Positions 62,898 to 64,000 of a stretch of DNA of 64,000 bases are shown here, piece after piece. The translations under genes were made by a program, and so were the position numbers. Under the pieces are notes generated by a model. The model was not told where the DNA came from and ran no database searches. It was given only the letters and a program-made list of their open reading frames with translations. Where the stretch lies: positions 496,001-560,000 of the forward strand of contig NW_026780455.1 in assembly GCF_030144855.1 (NCBI RefSeq), given 5' to 3'. Within the stretch, counting starts at the first letter, position 1. Each line of letters opens with the position of its first letter. The stretch comes from Hypanus sabinus (taxonomy: Eukaryota).

Positions 62898-63820
62898 TCA
62901 CCGAGGATTCATGCGGTCCTGATAACGCCGAGTGAACTTTGTCATCAGACTGAAGGGAGATTTCACTGTCTCCTTGAACTGCAGCCTGAACCTGGCCTGT
63001 GCCACGGCGTAAAGGGCCGTGTTGGTGCAGCAGCTCAGCAGCTGGAAAATGTAGCCCAGATCCCGCAGGAAAGACGGTGGTGTCGGGGAAATATAAAAAT
63101 ACAGGCATTCCCATATGGAATACACCGTCAGCAGCGCCCACAGCAGGATGAAATTCCCCGACATCACCAGCAGTAACAGGAGGGATTGCCTGCGGTTCTT
63201 CATCTCCGGGTCGGCGGGCTTCTCGCCATCGCACGAACCACGGAGTCTCTTCCGGGCTCGGCTGGCCACTAAAACGTGCCTGATGGTTAAACTGTTGAGC
63301 AGCAGAATCAAGAAGAAGGGTGATATTGGGGTGAGGAGGAAATGAATCAGTTGAATTGCTGTGTCCTGAGATAGGGAAAAACGAAAGGAAAGCATACAGA
63401 GCATGGACGAAGTCGTCACCGAATATGACCCATCGAGCAAAAAGTACCAAAAAATGTTCTTTCCGCAGCTCAGCAGAGTCACTGTCCCCAGAACCAGAGT
63501 CGCCGTTTTTCCAGTGCAGTATTTTCGTTTCATCTTCTGAAAACAAATGGCGACAAATCGATCAAAAGTGAAAGTGACCGTGAACCAGACCGAACAGTCA
63601 GTGGCGGCGTAAAATACGACGGCGTGGATATTACACACAGGAACATGTAATGACCAGAGATAAACCTCAAACAGCATGTAAGTGCCCGGAATCTTGCTCA
63701 ATACCAGATCGAAGAGAATGACCAGCTGATCCGCTGCTACCATGGCAACCAGATACCTTGTGACGCCTTTGGAGAGACCGCACTTTCCCCGGGACAGGAT
63801 GACGATTGTCACCACGTTAA
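62898..63820 (-). CDS. GPR139/142-like class A GPCR copy E, exon 2 (intact TM1-TM7 and stop); exon 1 lies beyond the window end
   Basis: Acceptor ctccgcacag|ttaac; 923-nt uninterrupted frame VNVVTIVILSRGKCGLS..PVCNIH..FDRFVAIC..FILLW..CTNTALY..RMNPR*. Confidence 0.9.
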
Positions 63821-64000
63821 CTGTGCGGAGAGAAGTAAAGACCATTAACACACCTTTGGATGGAAACATTCTCAAATTGCAATTATTTTCATCGTTTGCT
63901 CTTTGGAATAGAGATGGGGAGCAATTTCGAAAGAATGAGGCTGGTGAATTTGTGGAATTCATCGGCACGGACGGCTATGGTGGCCAGTTCATTGAAACGA

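Overview
Eukaryotic genomic DNA from a vertebrate, almost certainly a cartilaginous fish (shark, skate or ray; inferred from the transposon families and the receptor family). There is no prokaryotic content, CRISPR array, rRNA or tRNA gene. Main content: (1) one rearranging T-cell-receptor V segment at about 3.7-4.4 kb, with leader, V exon and 23-RSS. It resembles the TRBV30/Trbv31 lineage, and no D, J or C segment was seen in the window. (2) A tandem array of five two-exon class-A GPCR genes of the chondrichthyan-expanded GPR139/GPR142-like family, repeating every ~12-13 kb. The four + strand copies (A-D) are each disabled by a different lesion. The fifth (E, minus strand, exon 1 outside the window) has an intact exon 2. 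Each of units A-D carries the same promoter cassette (homeodomain TAATKA, an O/E-like site, a CRE and a TATA-like motif) and a downstream CTCF-type motif. Extracellular loops and N-termini vary strongly between copies while intracellular parts are conserved. (3) Dense, nested transposon debris: two near-full-length CR1 LINEs, L1/Tx1 insertions (one with a 15-bp TSD, one 5'-inverted), piggyBac inserted in R4/Dong, Tc1, Penelope, Rex1/Babar, a V-SINE and microsatellites. There are two assembly gaps. All alignments were done by eye, family names come from recalled motifs, and transposon boundaries are approximate unless TSDs or TIRs are quoted.
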